Positions 6,599 to 15,663 of a DNA stretch of 64,000 nucleotides are shown piece after piece. Source of the DNA: a virus. A model generated the notes under the pieces. It was not told where the DNA came from, did not search any database, and saw only the letters and a list, made by a program, of their open reading frames with translations. A program made the position numbers and the translations under genes. The DNA lies in IMG/VR virus record IMGVR_UViG_3300042865_000182, positions 1 to 64,000 of that record; one strand, written 5' to 3'. The first letter of the stretch is position 1; each line of letters starts with the position of its first letter.

Positions 6599-7042
6599 AT
6601 GAAAAAGTTTGACATGGGTAAATATGTTCTGTTAGCAGGAGATAATGCTACAGAGATCTTTGATTATTATAAGGTAGATGAAATGCATGGTCTTAACAGA
6701 GCTGATGCCCAAGCAGAAGAGATTGATAAGAAAACTGGTAATGGAGTTTACATTTATGGGTGGACTAACTATGACCCGGCTGATAAGAAGCTGACTGCAA
6801 AGGCTCCACATAAACCATTCTTGTTTCTTAACTTAAGTACATTTAAGAAGTACTCCCTTACAGAAAAAGCCACTGCTGTTATGCATGAGACTATGCACAT
6901 GAGTATCTTATTGAACAACTGGAAGATTACTGACAAAGAAGAAGAAGCTATAGGCTTTGCTGAAGATGAAGCTAACAAGATTATAGAGAAGTTAGGCTTT
7001 AATAAAAAGGAAGAACCAAAAAAAGGTTTCTTTAAAAAGTAA
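6599..7042 (+). CDS. Putative zinc metalloprotease-like protein (HExxH)
   Basis: HETMH motif with downstream Glu (EEEA); ATG at 6599 directly after TATATTTG (6587-6594), so probably leaderless. Confidence 0.6.
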   Translation: MKKFDMGKYVLLAGDNATEIFDYYKVDEMHGLNRADAQAEEIDKKTGNGVYIYGWTNYDPADKKLTAKAPHKPFLFLNLSTFKKYSLTEKATAVMHETMHMSILLNNWKITDKEEEAIGFAEDEANKIIEKLGFNKKEEPKKGFFKK

Positions 7043-7674
7043 TGGCATATATAGAACATAATTTTTTTCCACTGAAGGTATTTGTTAGGAATGAGTACAT
7101 GTATCAGCACACTAAAGGTCAAGGAGAATTCACCCCGGGGGTTATCATTTCAGTTAGGTGTATGCCGGGACAAGCTGCACTGTTCCAGGTACTGTTAGAC
7201 AATGGAGTACTTAGAGATAAGCTACCATCCCATGCATTGCTTACTGAACCAAAGCTACCGGATCCAGATCTGCCGTTTCATTATCTACAGATATGGAATT
7301 GTTTCAGTTATAACTTTACTCTACTACATCTGTCATATCTTTATGATACTCCAGTGGAAGTTTATATGAAAGATAAAAAGTTCTATAAAGGAAACTACTA
7401 TGCTACTATTAACTGGGGTACTAATGACTTTAACACAGACTTGTCTCTGGCTGAAGATGCACTAGAGCATAAGAGTCACCATATTATATTACTTGATAAT
7501 GGGCAGATAGCATTACAACCTAACAACCGGATTAAGTGGTCTGAACCTAGCTTTGTAACTAAACCTTTTCCTGAGAGACCTGACTATTTAGTCAACAAGG
7601 ATTACTACAATTGTGAGGGTTATGAAAAATGGAATACAGAAGATTCTGATAGAATGTTTTATGATAATGAATAA
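7042..7674 (+). CDS. Hypothetical phage protein (210 aa)
   Basis: ORF track; coupled to the upstream stop (TAATG). Confidence 0.8.
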   Translation: MAYIEHNFFPLKVFVRNEYMYQHTKGQGEFTPGVIISVRCMPGQAALFQVLLDNGVLRDKLPSHALLTEPKLPDPDLPFHYLQIWNCFSYNFTLLHLSYLYDTPVEVYMKDKKFYKGNYYATINWGTNDFNTDLSLAEDALEHKSHHIILLDNGQIALQPNNRIKWSEPSFVTKPFPERPDYLVNKDYYNCEGYEKWNTEDSDRMFYDNE

Positions 7675-7680
7675 TTTTAT

Positions 7681-7752
7681 TATATTTGCTGTGTTCATAT
7701 TAAGTTTGATTGATTAATAAGCTAGAAGCCCTGGAAATTTTCCGGGGTTTTT
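7681..7752 (+). ncRNA. Candidate sRNA unit (promoter, short transcript, terminator)
   Basis: TATATTTG at 7681-7688; GCCCTGGAA/TTCCGGGGT hairpin plus T run; no ORF. Confidence 0.45.
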
Positions 7753-7794
7753 AGTTTAAACAAAAAAAATTTATATATTTGTCATCAACTAAGT

Positions 7795-8109
7795 TTGTTA
7801 TATGAGATGACTCACCTACAGAAAAAGTTATGGTTACTTGTTGCAGAAAAAGCAGACTCTAACTTGGAGGCTAGGATGGTGTATGATGAACTATTAAAAA
7901 AACTAAACATGTCAGAAGATAAAGTTATTCTGTCCATGATGGAAACAGAAAATGGAATAGAAGTTCATATTAGTGAAAATGCTTATGAGAATCTTGCTGT
8001 CATAGGTTTAATAGAAAAGATTAAGCTGGATTTATTAACCCGGCCTGATCTACCAGTACATGACTTGAGAAAAAGAGATAAGAGTCAATCTCAAAAGTAT
8101 GATGCATAA
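7795..8109 (+). CDS. Hypothetical protein (start uncertain)
   Basis: ORF track; TATATTTG promoter at 7774-7781; several internal ATGs. Confidence 0.65.
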   Translation: MLYEMTHLQKKLWLLVAEKADSNLEARMVYDELLKKLNMSEDKVILSMMETENGIEVHISENAYENLAVIGLIEKIKLDLLTRPDLPVHDLRKRDKSQSQKYDA

Positions 8110-8127
8110 ATTTTAAAAACCAACAAT

Positions 8128-8415
8128 ATGAGTGAAAACAAACCAGTGTACAGTGTACCAGATCAAGCTCCAGAAATACTTGAGCACAAGATCATTCCAT
8201 TTGGACATCAGTTAATGGGATTAGATCCAGATAACTTAGATGATACTACAGTAACTAAAGTAAAGTTACTAGCAGCTGAAATGGCTGAGATCTTAAAGAA
8301 AGACTATGAGAATGAAAGAGGGCCTTTGAAAAGCTTACTTTTTGACCATGCATTAGGTGAGATATTAAATGCATCCATGTCAGTAGTAAAAGTATTAACT
8401 CTAAAAAATAAATGA
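8128..8415 (+). CDS. Acb2/Tad1-like helical hairpin protein (possible anti-defence nucleotide sponge)
   Basis: 95 aa; pattern ...VTKVKLLAAEMAEIL...LFDHALGEILNASMSVVKVLT resembles the two-helix Acb2/Tad1 architecture by eye only. Confidence 0.4.
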   Translation: MSENKPVYSVPDQAPEILEHKIIPFGHQLMGLDPDNLDDTTVTKVKLLAAEMAEILKKDYENERGPLKSLLFDHALGEILNASMSVVKVLTLKNK

Positions 8416-8711
8416 ACATGAAACCATTTAAGTTATTAAGAGGCCGCACTATTTTATTAAGTGTACCTGAAAGAAAAAAGTCAGGCTTAGAGCTGTCTGC
8501 AAAAGATGAAGAAGCAATGATGCAAGAGGCTGCTAAACTTTGGAGTAGACTTACAGTTTATGCCATAGGAGATAAAGTAGAAGATGTCAAAGAAGGTGAT
8601 GTAGTTTACGTAAGAACAGGGGCTCTAAATATGGAGCACATGGAGCGCATAGAAATAGATGGAAGTATCAAGCTTGTTCTTAATGAAGGTGATGTAGTTA
8701 TAGTATGGTAA
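8412..8711 (+). CDS. GroES-like co-chaperonin
   Basis: KLLRGRTILL...KKSGLEL...VYAIGDKVEDVKEGDVVYV...VLNEGDVV matches the Cpn10 layout and size. Confidence 0.7.
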   Translation: MNMKPFKLLRGRTILLSVPERKKSGLELSAKDEEAMMQEAAKLWSRLTVYAIGDKVEDVKEGDVVYVRTGALNMEHMERIEIDGSIKLVLNEGDVVIVW

Positions 8712-8714
8712 GCT

Positions 8715-8990
8715 ATGAGTGATAATAAAATAAGGGCTACTCTTATTGATGTTACAGATAGAGTGCTCAACTTAGAACCAGATAAAGGACCCAGACCAGA
8801 ATACTATGGTGGTGCTAATAATACTTATGAAGTATTTCAAGTGCTAGATGCCTGGGGATTAGATAAAGACTTCTACTTGGGTAATGTAATTAAATATGTT
8901 GCCCGGGCTGGTAAGAAAAATAAATCCACAGAAAAGGAGGATCTTCAAAAAGCTTTAGTATATTTACAAAAAAGAATTGACTCACTATGA
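8715..8990 (+). CDS. DUF3310-family protein
   Basis: PEYY..E....FYLGNVIKYVARAGKK....EDLQKALVYL signature. Confidence 0.8.
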   Translation: MSDNKIRATLIDVTDRVLNLEPDKGPRPEYYGGANNTYEVFQVLDAWGLDKDFYLGNVIKYVARAGKKNKSTEKEDLQKALVYLQKRIDSL

Positions 8991-9184
8991 TACTAAAAGG
9001 AATCATGTTTATATTTGGTGTAATAGTATTAGGATTCTTGTTTTTAGTAAATAATGCTATGAGCAAACCCTTATATAATAAGATGCACAATGTCTGGGAA
9101 GAAGACCCAGAAGGAAAAAAATATGCTAATATAACTTTAATTGTAATGCTGTTAATAGCATTCTTTATGGGGCTCATGTTTTAA
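8987..9184 (+). CDS. Small two-TM membrane protein
   Basis: Two hydrophobic helices in 65 aa. Confidence 0.7.
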   Translation: MILKGIMFIFGVIVLGFLFLVNNAMSKPLYNKMHNVWEEDPEGKKYANITLIVMLLIAFFMGLMF

Positions 9185-9208
9185 CCTATATACTCTCCAA
9201 ACGGAAAG

Positions 9209-9238
9209 ATCCTCAGTTTTTTAGCTGGGGATTTTTTT
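9209..9238 (+). terminator. Intrinsic terminator
   Basis: ATCCTCAG/CTGGGGAT stem plus T run. Confidence 0.65.
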
Positions 9239-9255
9239 ATATCAAAATTTTTTTG

Positions 9256-9275
9256 TATATTATAGTGTATATTTA
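9256..9275 (+). promoter_or_regulatory. Putative late promoter motif TATATTATA(A)GTRTATATTTAT
   Basis: Near-identical copies at 9256, 13724 and 32030, each just upstream of a structural or lysis operon. Confidence 0.55.
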
Positions 9276-9291
9276 TTAAAACTTTATAATC

Positions 9292-9762
9292 ATGGATGTT
9301 CTAAATTTTATTTCTTGGATCAAGGCTGGTAATTACAGAACCACTCTTCCTACAGATGTTAGTAGTTTAATTGCCGTAGGTGCACAAGATGCATCTCGTG
9401 ATGATGGTTATTTACCATTAGCTATAAGTGCTGAACCATTGCAAACATTATATAATACAGGTACTGTAACTCAGGGTACTAGTATTACTACACCAGTAAC
9501 TCTAAACACATTTAATGGTGTTATAACTACTGTATCATCTACATTAGCTGCAAATGCTAAAACATTCTTTACTGTAAACAACACTAATGTTGTTGCAGGA
9601 TCAAGAATTTTAGTTTCTGTACAATATGATGAGGCTGCAACAGGTATTCCTGTAGTAGGTGTTTCAGATATTGCAACAGGTTCATTTAAAATTGTATTAT
9701 CAAATGGTGGAAATGCCGCACTAAACAATGTAGTTAAAATTCACTTTTTAATTCTTGCATAA
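9292..9762 (+). CDS. Putative virion fibre/decoration protein
   Basis: Thr/Val/Asn-rich beta pattern; N-terminal domain paralogous to that of the next gene. Confidence 0.6.
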   Translation: MDVLNFISWIKAGNYRTTLPTDVSSLIAVGAQDASRDDGYLPLAISAEPLQTLYNTGTVTQGTSITTPVTLNTFNGVITTVSSTLAANAKTFFTVNNTNVVAGSRILVSVQYDEAATGIPVVGVSDIATGSFKIVLSNGGNAALNNVVKIHFLILA

Positions 9763-10601
9763 TGGATATTCTAAATTTTATAAACTGGTTAAGAGGTGGA
9801 AGACTAGTTAAAACAATTGACCCTGCCCAAACATTAGTACCTGTTGCTACTAGAGATAGCAAACGTGATGATGCTTGGTTGACAAATGCAATGACTGTAG
9901 AAGATCTTGGTAGTCAAATACCTGTTGATAGACTAGTTGCAGGTACATCAGAAGTTGTACTAACTGATAATGCAGGTGATGCTGAGCTAACATTTAGTCC
10001 AGGTGATGTAACAATTCAAACCACAGGTTTAGGAGCAGATCTATTTATTAGATCTTTAGGCGGGGATGATATCTTTATTGAATCAGGTGATGATATTACA
10101 TTAAGAGGTGATCAAGGTACTTTTGATGCTGAAGCGGAAGGCGGAGATATAAATATCTATGCTGGAGATGGTTCTGATGGTAATACAAATGATGCAGGTT
10201 CTGGTGGAGATATTAGAATTGAAGCAGGTGATGCTGGTAACAGTGTATCAGGTGCTCAAGGAGAAGGTGGTTTTGTAACTATTCAAGGTGGTTATACTAC
10301 AGCAACTGGTTTACCAGGAGGTGACATTAATCTTTATCCCGGTAATAGTGTAGATGGTATACATGGTGATGTTATTATTCAAGGTACCTTTACATGGGAA
10401 TTCTCTACAAGAAATGCAACAATTCTATTTCCAGCAGTAACTTTAGCTACATTACCAAATCCAGTTGGAGTACCTGGAGCAAGAGCAGTGATTGCTGATT
10501 CTACTGCATTCGCATCAGGAAACTTTGGTGTTCAGGCTGTAGGTGGCGGTACTAATATAGTACCTGTATTTTCAGATGGTGTTAATTGGTTAATTGGATA
10601 A
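9762..10601 (+). CDS. Putative fibre/spike protein with Gly-rich beta-helix-like repeats
   Basis: Repeats GGDINIYAGDG, GGDIRIEAGDA, GGFVTIQGG, GGDINLYPGN. Confidence 0.65.
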   Translation: MDILNFINWLRGGRLVKTIDPAQTLVPVATRDSKRDDAWLTNAMTVEDLGSQIPVDRLVAGTSEVVLTDNAGDAELTFSPGDVTIQTTGLGADLFIRSLGGDDIFIESGDDITLRGDQGTFDAEAEGGDINIYAGDGSDGNTNDAGSGGDIRIEAGDAGNSVSGAQGEGGFVTIQGGYTTATGLPGGDINLYPGNSVDGIHGDVIIQGTFTWEFSTRNATILFPAVTLATLPNPVGVPGARAVIADSTAFASGNFGVQAVGGGTNIVPVFSDGVNWLIG

Positions 10602-10619
10602 TATTAAAAAATAAAAACA

Positions 10620-11336
10620 ATGTCAATAGGAAATTTAAAAGACAGTGGAAACCAAGGTAATAACCTACCATACCAGTGGAAAGTACTTCAAGGACTTCAA
10701 GCAATTCTAGATGAGGTATCACTACCACTTACTTGTGTAGAAGATAGTATAAAAATATGTGATGCAAATGGTGATACATTAAACATCAATACTAACGGAA
10801 GTATCAATACTGTAATACAAAATGCTGCCGGTACTTCTGTTACAACAACTACAGTAGGTGCTGATGTAGGACTTGACACAGTTATATTAACCATGCCTGC
10901 AACATTTGCTGAAGATACAGCTCATGTATCTGGTAACACAGGTGCATTTGTATTAGGTGTTAGGAATGATCTTAATGTAGCTATGACTAATGCAGATGGA
11001 GATTATTCTCCTATAGCAGTAAACAACAATGGTGCAGTAGCTATTAATGATGGAGGTAACTCTATTACAGTAGATGGTGGAGTAGGTGTGTCAAGAACTC
11101 CTAGTTTTGCAAGGCCTTCTACAGCAAGTCCTGGAACAGGTACAGTTAATGCTGGTGCTTTTTCAGCATCTTTTGCAAGTGTTGGTACAGCTAATGCTTT
11201 AGTTGGAGGAATGGTTCTTAAACCAGGGGAAACACTTAATTTTGATGCGGGGGCCATTAATAATACATTGGCTGCTATCACTTATAATGTTACTACAAAT
11301 GCAGGAGCTGAGTTAATCATTATTACACTTACTTAA
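10620..11336 (+). CDS. Putative virion structural/fibre protein
   Basis: Gly/Thr/Asn/Ala-rich; operon context. Confidence 0.55.
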   Translation: MSIGNLKDSGNQGNNLPYQWKVLQGLQAILDEVSLPLTCVEDSIKICDANGDTLNINTNGSINTVIQNAAGTSVTTTTVGADVGLDTVILTMPATFAEDTAHVSGNTGAFVLGVRNDLNVAMTNADGDYSPIAVNNNGAVAINDGGNSITVDGGVGVSRTPSFARPSTASPGTGTVNAGAFSASFASVGTANALVGGMVLKPGETLNFDAGAINNTLAAITYNVTTNAGAELIIITLT

Positions 11337-12586
11337 TGGCTACTATAGTATCTACTACAGGTGTATCTAACCAATCAATATTGGCTAATGATCCAATGTT
11401 GGCTGATGCATTTGGTAGAATAAGAGTAGCAGAACCTTTAACTCTATTTGATTCTTCTCATAGATACAGAGATAATGGTCTATGGGCTACATCTACAGCA
11501 AGTGGAGGAGCAGCTGTATTTAGTGCAAATGAAGGATTGGTGAATCTAAATGTAGATACAACAAGTGGTTCACAAGTACTAAGAGAAACATTTAAAGTAA
11601 TGTCATATCAACCAGGTAAGTCATTACTTGTAATGAACACATTTGTAATGGCTCCTGCTCAAACTAATCTTAGACAAAGAGTAGGATACTTTGGTACGGA
11701 TAATGGAATTTATGTTCAATTAAATAATAGTACTTTAAGTTTTGTTGAAAGAAGTTTAGTCACAGGTATTGTTACAGAATCAGTAGTTAACCAAGCTTCT
11801 TGGAATGCTGATCCATTAGATGGTAATGGTCCATCGGGAATAACTTTAGATATTACTAAGGCTCAGATTTTATTCATGGATATTGAGTGGCTAGGAGAAG
11901 GAACTGTAAGAGTAGGTTTTATTATAGATGGCAACTTCATTGTATGCCATAGGTTTAATCATGCTAACCTTATTACTTCTACTTATATCACTACTGCTTC
12001 ATTACCACTTAGATATGAGATAACTAATACGGGAGTAACAGCTAGTCCAAGTACACTAAAACAAGTTTGTTCTACTGTAATATCAGAAGGTGGATATGAA
12101 CTAAGAGGAGCACAGCAAGCTGTTGGTACACCTATTACAACACCTAAAACATTTGCTGTAGCAGGAACTTATTATCCAATGGTAGGAATTAGACTTAAAA
12201 CTACTGCATTAGATGCTATAGTTATAAGTACAGCGGTATCTTTATTAGGAATTGGTAATGGTAAAAACTATGCATGGAGACTTGTGCAATCTGCTATAAT
12301 AACAGGAGGATCTTGGGTTTCAGCAGGTACAGATTCATCTGTAGAATATAACCTTACAGGAACATCTGTTACGGGTGGTAGAGTATTGGCACAAGGATAT
12401 GTTAATTCATCTAATCAAGGTTCTCCAAGTATCAATATATTAAAAGAAGCATTGTTTGCAACACAACTTGAAAGAAATACTTTTACAAGTACACCTCTTG
12501 AATTGGTTATTGAAATGGCTATTGATGCTATAGGAGGAACTTTAGGAGCATATGTTTCATTAGATTGGGAAGAAATAAGTAGATAA
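11336..12586 (+). CDS. Putative virion structural / receptor-binding protein (416 aa)
   Basis: DAFGRIRV...YQPGKS...DIEWLGEGTVRVG...SLPLRYEI motifs recalled from aquatic phage structural proteins. Confidence 0.6.
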   Translation: MATIVSTTGVSNQSILANDPMLADAFGRIRVAEPLTLFDSSHRYRDNGLWATSTASGGAAVFSANEGLVNLNVDTTSGSQVLRETFKVMSYQPGKSLLVMNTFVMAPAQTNLRQRVGYFGTDNGIYVQLNNSTLSFVERSLVTGIVTESVVNQASWNADPLDGNGPSGITLDITKAQILFMDIEWLGEGTVRVGFIIDGNFIVCHRFNHANLITSTYITTASLPLRYEITNTGVTASPSTLKQVCSTVISEGGYELRGAQQAVGTPITTPKTFAVAGTYYPMVGIRLKTTALDAIVISTAVSLLGIGNGKNYAWRLVQSAIITGGSWVSAGTDSSVEYNLTGTSVTGGRVLAQGYVNSSNQGSPSINILKEALFATQLERNTFTSTPLELVIEMAIDAIGGTLGAYVSLDWEEISR

Positions 12587-12592
12587 ACACTT

Positions 12593-13444
12593 ATGGCAAC
12601 TAATATAAATTTTAAGAATAAATTAGGTATATCAGGTGGGTGTAGTATTACATTACCTAGTGGCTCATCTTTACTTTTAGACTTGTATCCAAATGCAACA
12701 GTAGCTTATTCAGTTAGGAGATTATCTTCAACTTATACTGGTAATTTAATTAAAGTTAGAAGGTCAAGTGATAACACTGATCAAGATATAGGTTATGATT
12801 CAACAAATGTGTTAGATACAGCTGCTCTTCTTGCTTTTGTTGGAGCAGGTAATGGATTCATAACTACTTGGTATGACCAAAGTGGAAACGGTAATAATGC
12901 AACACAATCAACAGCATTAAGCCAACCACAAATTGTTTCAAGTGGTAGTTTATTAACTGCAAATTCTAAGCCTTGTTTCACGTTATCTATTAATAATTCA
13001 GGATTTAGTTTAGGAAGTACTATAAGTGTTGGAGCTTCAAGTTACAATTCATTTGTTGGTAAAAAAGATGCAGCAGGAAATATGCTAAGGGCATTAACAT
13101 CAGCAGCAACTGATGGTTATAAACTAATGAATAGCTATGACAATAAATATTATATTAATGCAAAATCAGGCAGTTATTTAGTTAGTAATTCAGCAGACAC
13201 TACAACAAGTCAAATATTATTAACAGGAATGAACGTAGCAGGAACAATGTCTATTTATAAAAATGGAAGTGTTGTTGCAACAACTTTAAATTCTTATAAT
13301 TATGCTAACTTAATAGGCTTTATAGGTGGCGGTGCTTCGGGAATTTATAGACTCCAAGAAGCTGTATTCTACAACTCAGACCAATCTGCAAATAGAACAG
13401 GGATTGAAAGCAATATAAACACTTATTATACTATATATCCATGA
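12593..13444 (+). CDS. Putative receptor-binding protein with arabinofuranosidase-B/ConA-like lectin domain
   Basis: AYSVRRLSSTYTG..IKVRRSSDN...ITTWYDQSGNGN motif. Confidence 0.65.
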   Translation: MATNINFKNKLGISGGCSITLPSGSSLLLDLYPNATVAYSVRRLSSTYTGNLIKVRRSSDNTDQDIGYDSTNVLDTAALLAFVGAGNGFITTWYDQSGNGNNATQSTALSQPQIVSSGSLLTANSKPCFTLSINNSGFSLGSTISVGASSYNSFVGKKDAAGNMLRALTSAATDGYKLMNSYDNKYYINAKSGSYLVSNSADTTTSQILLTGMNVAGTMSIYKNGSVVATTLNSYNYANLIGFIGGGASGIYRLQEAVFYNSDQSANRTGIESNINTYYTIYP

Positions 13445-13677
13445 TAATAACAGGCTACAAGTACACTAATGAACAGGATGCAATAGATGCAAGAGAGCTA
13501 TGCGATACTTATTATGGCATTCCTGTTTCCCCTGATGCTGTTACACAAAATTGGGTTGACTACAATATAGCAGACCTTGACAATCCTATATTCTATTATA
13601 TTACTTTTGATGAAAGTTTAAGAGTAGTTCTAGGAGAACCTGAAACATTTGAAGTAACTACATCTAATCCTTTTTAA
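13441..13677 (+). CDS. Small acidic protein, possible fibre-assembly chaperone
   Basis: ATGA-coupled to the RBP gene; function inferred from position. Confidence 0.55.
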   Translation: MIITGYKYTNEQDAIDARELCDTYYGIPVSPDAVTQNWVDYNIADLDNPIFYYITFDESLRVVLGEPETFEVTTSNPF

Positions 13678-13757
13678 TAAGTAAAAATACTTAGTAACCT
13701 ATTGTAGTTTCATTTATTTTTATTATATTATAAGTATATATTTATAACATAACAACA

Positions 13758-14033
13758 ATGGAAACTTGGACAATGACACTCATTCTTTTTATAGCTAGTT
13801 CAATTTTTGCTATATTTGGATACTTTTTAAAAATGATTCACTCTGATGTTAGAAAAAACACAGAAGAACAAGGTAAGCTAAAAGGCAAAATAGAACTAGT
13901 ACAACAAGAAAACCAGTTAAAGTATCAGGCAATTCAAGAGCTTACACAGCTTGAGATTAAAAACTTAGCAAAAAATGTTAGTGAATTATCTGATGCAGTA
14001 AAACAATTCATAATAAACAGTAGACATGACTGA
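13758..14033 (+). CDS. Membrane-anchored coiled-coil protein (lysis module)
   Basis: N-terminal TM plus coiled coil; upstream of the endolysin. Confidence 0.6.
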   Translation: METWTMTLILFIASSIFAIFGYFLKMIHSDVRKNTEEQGKLKGKIELVQQENQLKYQAIQELTQLEIKNLAKNVSELSDAVKQFIINSRHD

Positions 14034-14304
14034 TATAAAAAAAAGATGGAATGCTAAAACTCCTAAGTTTTGGAAGAATGTACAGAAGGTTGCAATAGCA
14101 TTAGGTGCAGCAGCCGGAGTAGTAATAGCAGCTCCAATAACATTACCAGCTACAGTAGTAACAGTGGCTGGATATTTAGTAACTGCAGGAACAGTAGCAG
14201 CTACTTTATCCCAATTAACAGTAGAAGATTACAAGGATTTAGAAACAGTAATAACTAAAAAAAAGAAAAATGGCAAAGAAAGTAAAAGCCCCAGTGGAAA
14301 TTAA
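14026..14304 (+). CDS. Putative holin
   Basis: RWNAKTPKFWK followed by two hydrophobic segments and a basic tail; near the endolysin. Confidence 0.6.
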   Translation: MTDIKKRWNAKTPKFWKNVQKVAIALGAAAGVVIAAPITLPATVVTVAGYLVTAGTVAATLSQLTVEDYKDLETVITKKKKNGKESKSPSGN

Positions 14305-14572
14305 TGCTGAAGTTAAGGTTAAGAAAACCAGAGTAAGTGTTAAGAAAAAAGACAAGAACTTAGATGTAGTAGTAGATACACCTAAAGTAGATGTTACAGT
14401 AAAAGCTAATGAAGAAGAAAAGAAGTTTGTACTAGACTCTAGAAAATTAGATGTAGAAGTTACTAAGACAGATGAAGGTACTACAGTTAAAGTAGAAGCT
14501 CAAACTCCTGTATTAAAAAGAGTTGGTAAATGGGTTGCTCATATGATGAGTAAAAAATTTAACCGTAAGTAA
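14270..14572 (+). CDS. Hypothetical Lys/Val-rich protein
   Basis: ORF track; internal repeat LDVVVDTPKVDV / LDSRKLDVEV. Confidence 0.7.
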   Translation: MAKKVKAPVEINAEVKVKKTRVSVKKKDKNLDVVVDTPKVDVTVKANEEEKKFVLDSRKLDVEVTKTDEGTTVKVEAQTPVLKRVGKWVAHMMSKKFNRK

Positions 14573-14574
14573 TA

Positions 14575-15453
14575 ATGGATGTTTTAAAGAAAGGAAGTAG
14601 GGGCCCAGCAGTGGTCACTCTTCAAGAATTTTTAAAACTTACAGCTGATGGTATTTTTGGTCCTAAAACAGAATCTGCAGTAAAAGCATATCAAAAGAAA
14701 AATGGTTTAGTAGCAGATGGTATTGTGGGTCCAAAAACTTGGGCTCATATGGGTATCCTAAATACAGACAATGCTGAGAATCTAGAAGTAGAAAAAGCAT
14801 TAGAGGTTAAAAAACACTACATGCCTGTAGGAACATACTTTGCAGGCCCAGTTCCAAAAGACTGGATATTCTTACATCATACAGCCGGAGGACCTAATCC
14901 TTATCAAGTAGCTGATATGTGGGCAAGAGATGACAGAGGTAATGTAGCCACTGAATATATCTTAGGAGGACAATCTGTAGACAACAAATCTAAACAATAT
15001 GATGGAGAACTAATACAATGTTTTCCTGAAGGAGGATATGGATGGCACACAGGTACAGGTAACTCTGTTATGCATAGAAACTCTGTAGGTATAGAAGTAT
15101 GTTGTATGGGTCAGATTGTTAATGGAAAAACTTATGTTAATACTTCTGCTGATCCAGCTCAAGTAATTAAGTTAGCTAAGCCATTCCGCGGATTTCAATT
15201 CTGGCATAACTATTCAGAAGCACAGTTGACTAATCTTAAAAACTGGATTCTTTTTATAGCAGAGAAATATGATATTGATCCTAGAGTAGGTTTAGTAGAA
15301 TATGTAAAAGCTAAAGGAGCTGATGGATTTGATGTACTAGATCTAGATAGAGCTAATAAAACTCCAGGGATGTATTCACATACTAATGTTATCAGAGGTA
15401 AAGTAGACATGTATCCTCACCCAGATTTAATTGATATGTTATTAAGCTTATAG
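14575..15453 (+). CDS. Endolysin: PG-binding domain plus N-acetylmuramoyl-L-alanine amidase (Amidase_2-like)
   Basis: LKKGSRG..V..LQ...ADGIFGPKTE.AVKAYQ...L.ADGIVGPKTW; IFLHHTAG, SVGIEVC, SHTNV..GKVD. Confidence 0.9.
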   Translation: MDVLKKGSRGPAVVTLQEFLKLTADGIFGPKTESAVKAYQKKNGLVADGIVGPKTWAHMGILNTDNAENLEVEKALEVKKHYMPVGTYFAGPVPKDWIFLHHTAGGPNPYQVADMWARDDRGNVATEYILGGQSVDNKSKQYDGELIQCFPEGGYGWHTGTGNSVMHRNSVGIEVCCMGQIVNGKTYVNTSADPAQVIKLAKPFRGFQFWHNYSEAQLTNLKNWILFIAEKYDIDPRVGLVEYVKAKGADGFDVLDLDRANKTPGMYSHTNVIRGKVDMYPHPDLIDMLLSL

Positions 15454-15454
15454 T

Positions 15455-15613
15455 ATGAAACTAAGGAATAACTGGAGCAACTCAAGAAGACAGTGGGATA
15501 AGGTGATGATAAGATTGAGATTATCTAGTTTGGACTTATTCTCACTAGAGATAGATATAGCAAGAGATTTTTACTTGCTTACTATTCTAAACTTTACAAT
15601 CAAGAATAGATAA
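15455..15613 (+). CDS. Small hypothetical protein (52 aa)
   Basis: Read manually: MKLRNNWSNSRRQWDKVMIRLRLSSLDLFSLEIDIARDFYLLTILNFTIKNR*; fills the gap between endolysin and terminator. Confidence 0.6.
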   Translation: MKLRNNWSNSRRQWDKVMIRLRLSSLDLFSLEIDIARDFYLLTILNFTIKNR

Positions 15614-15631
15614 TAACATACCAACTACTAT

Positions 15632-15663
15632 AATCCAGGTACTTTGTATGCCTGGATTTTTTT
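15632..15663 (+). terminator. Intrinsic terminator
   Basis: AATCCAGGTA/TGCCTGGATT stem plus T run. Confidence 0.75.

Noticed and set aside
9292-13677. Diversity-generating retroelement or invertible shufflon acting on fibre genes
   Set aside because: No reverse transcriptase or recombinase gene, and no TR/VR pair or inverted crossover sites noticed
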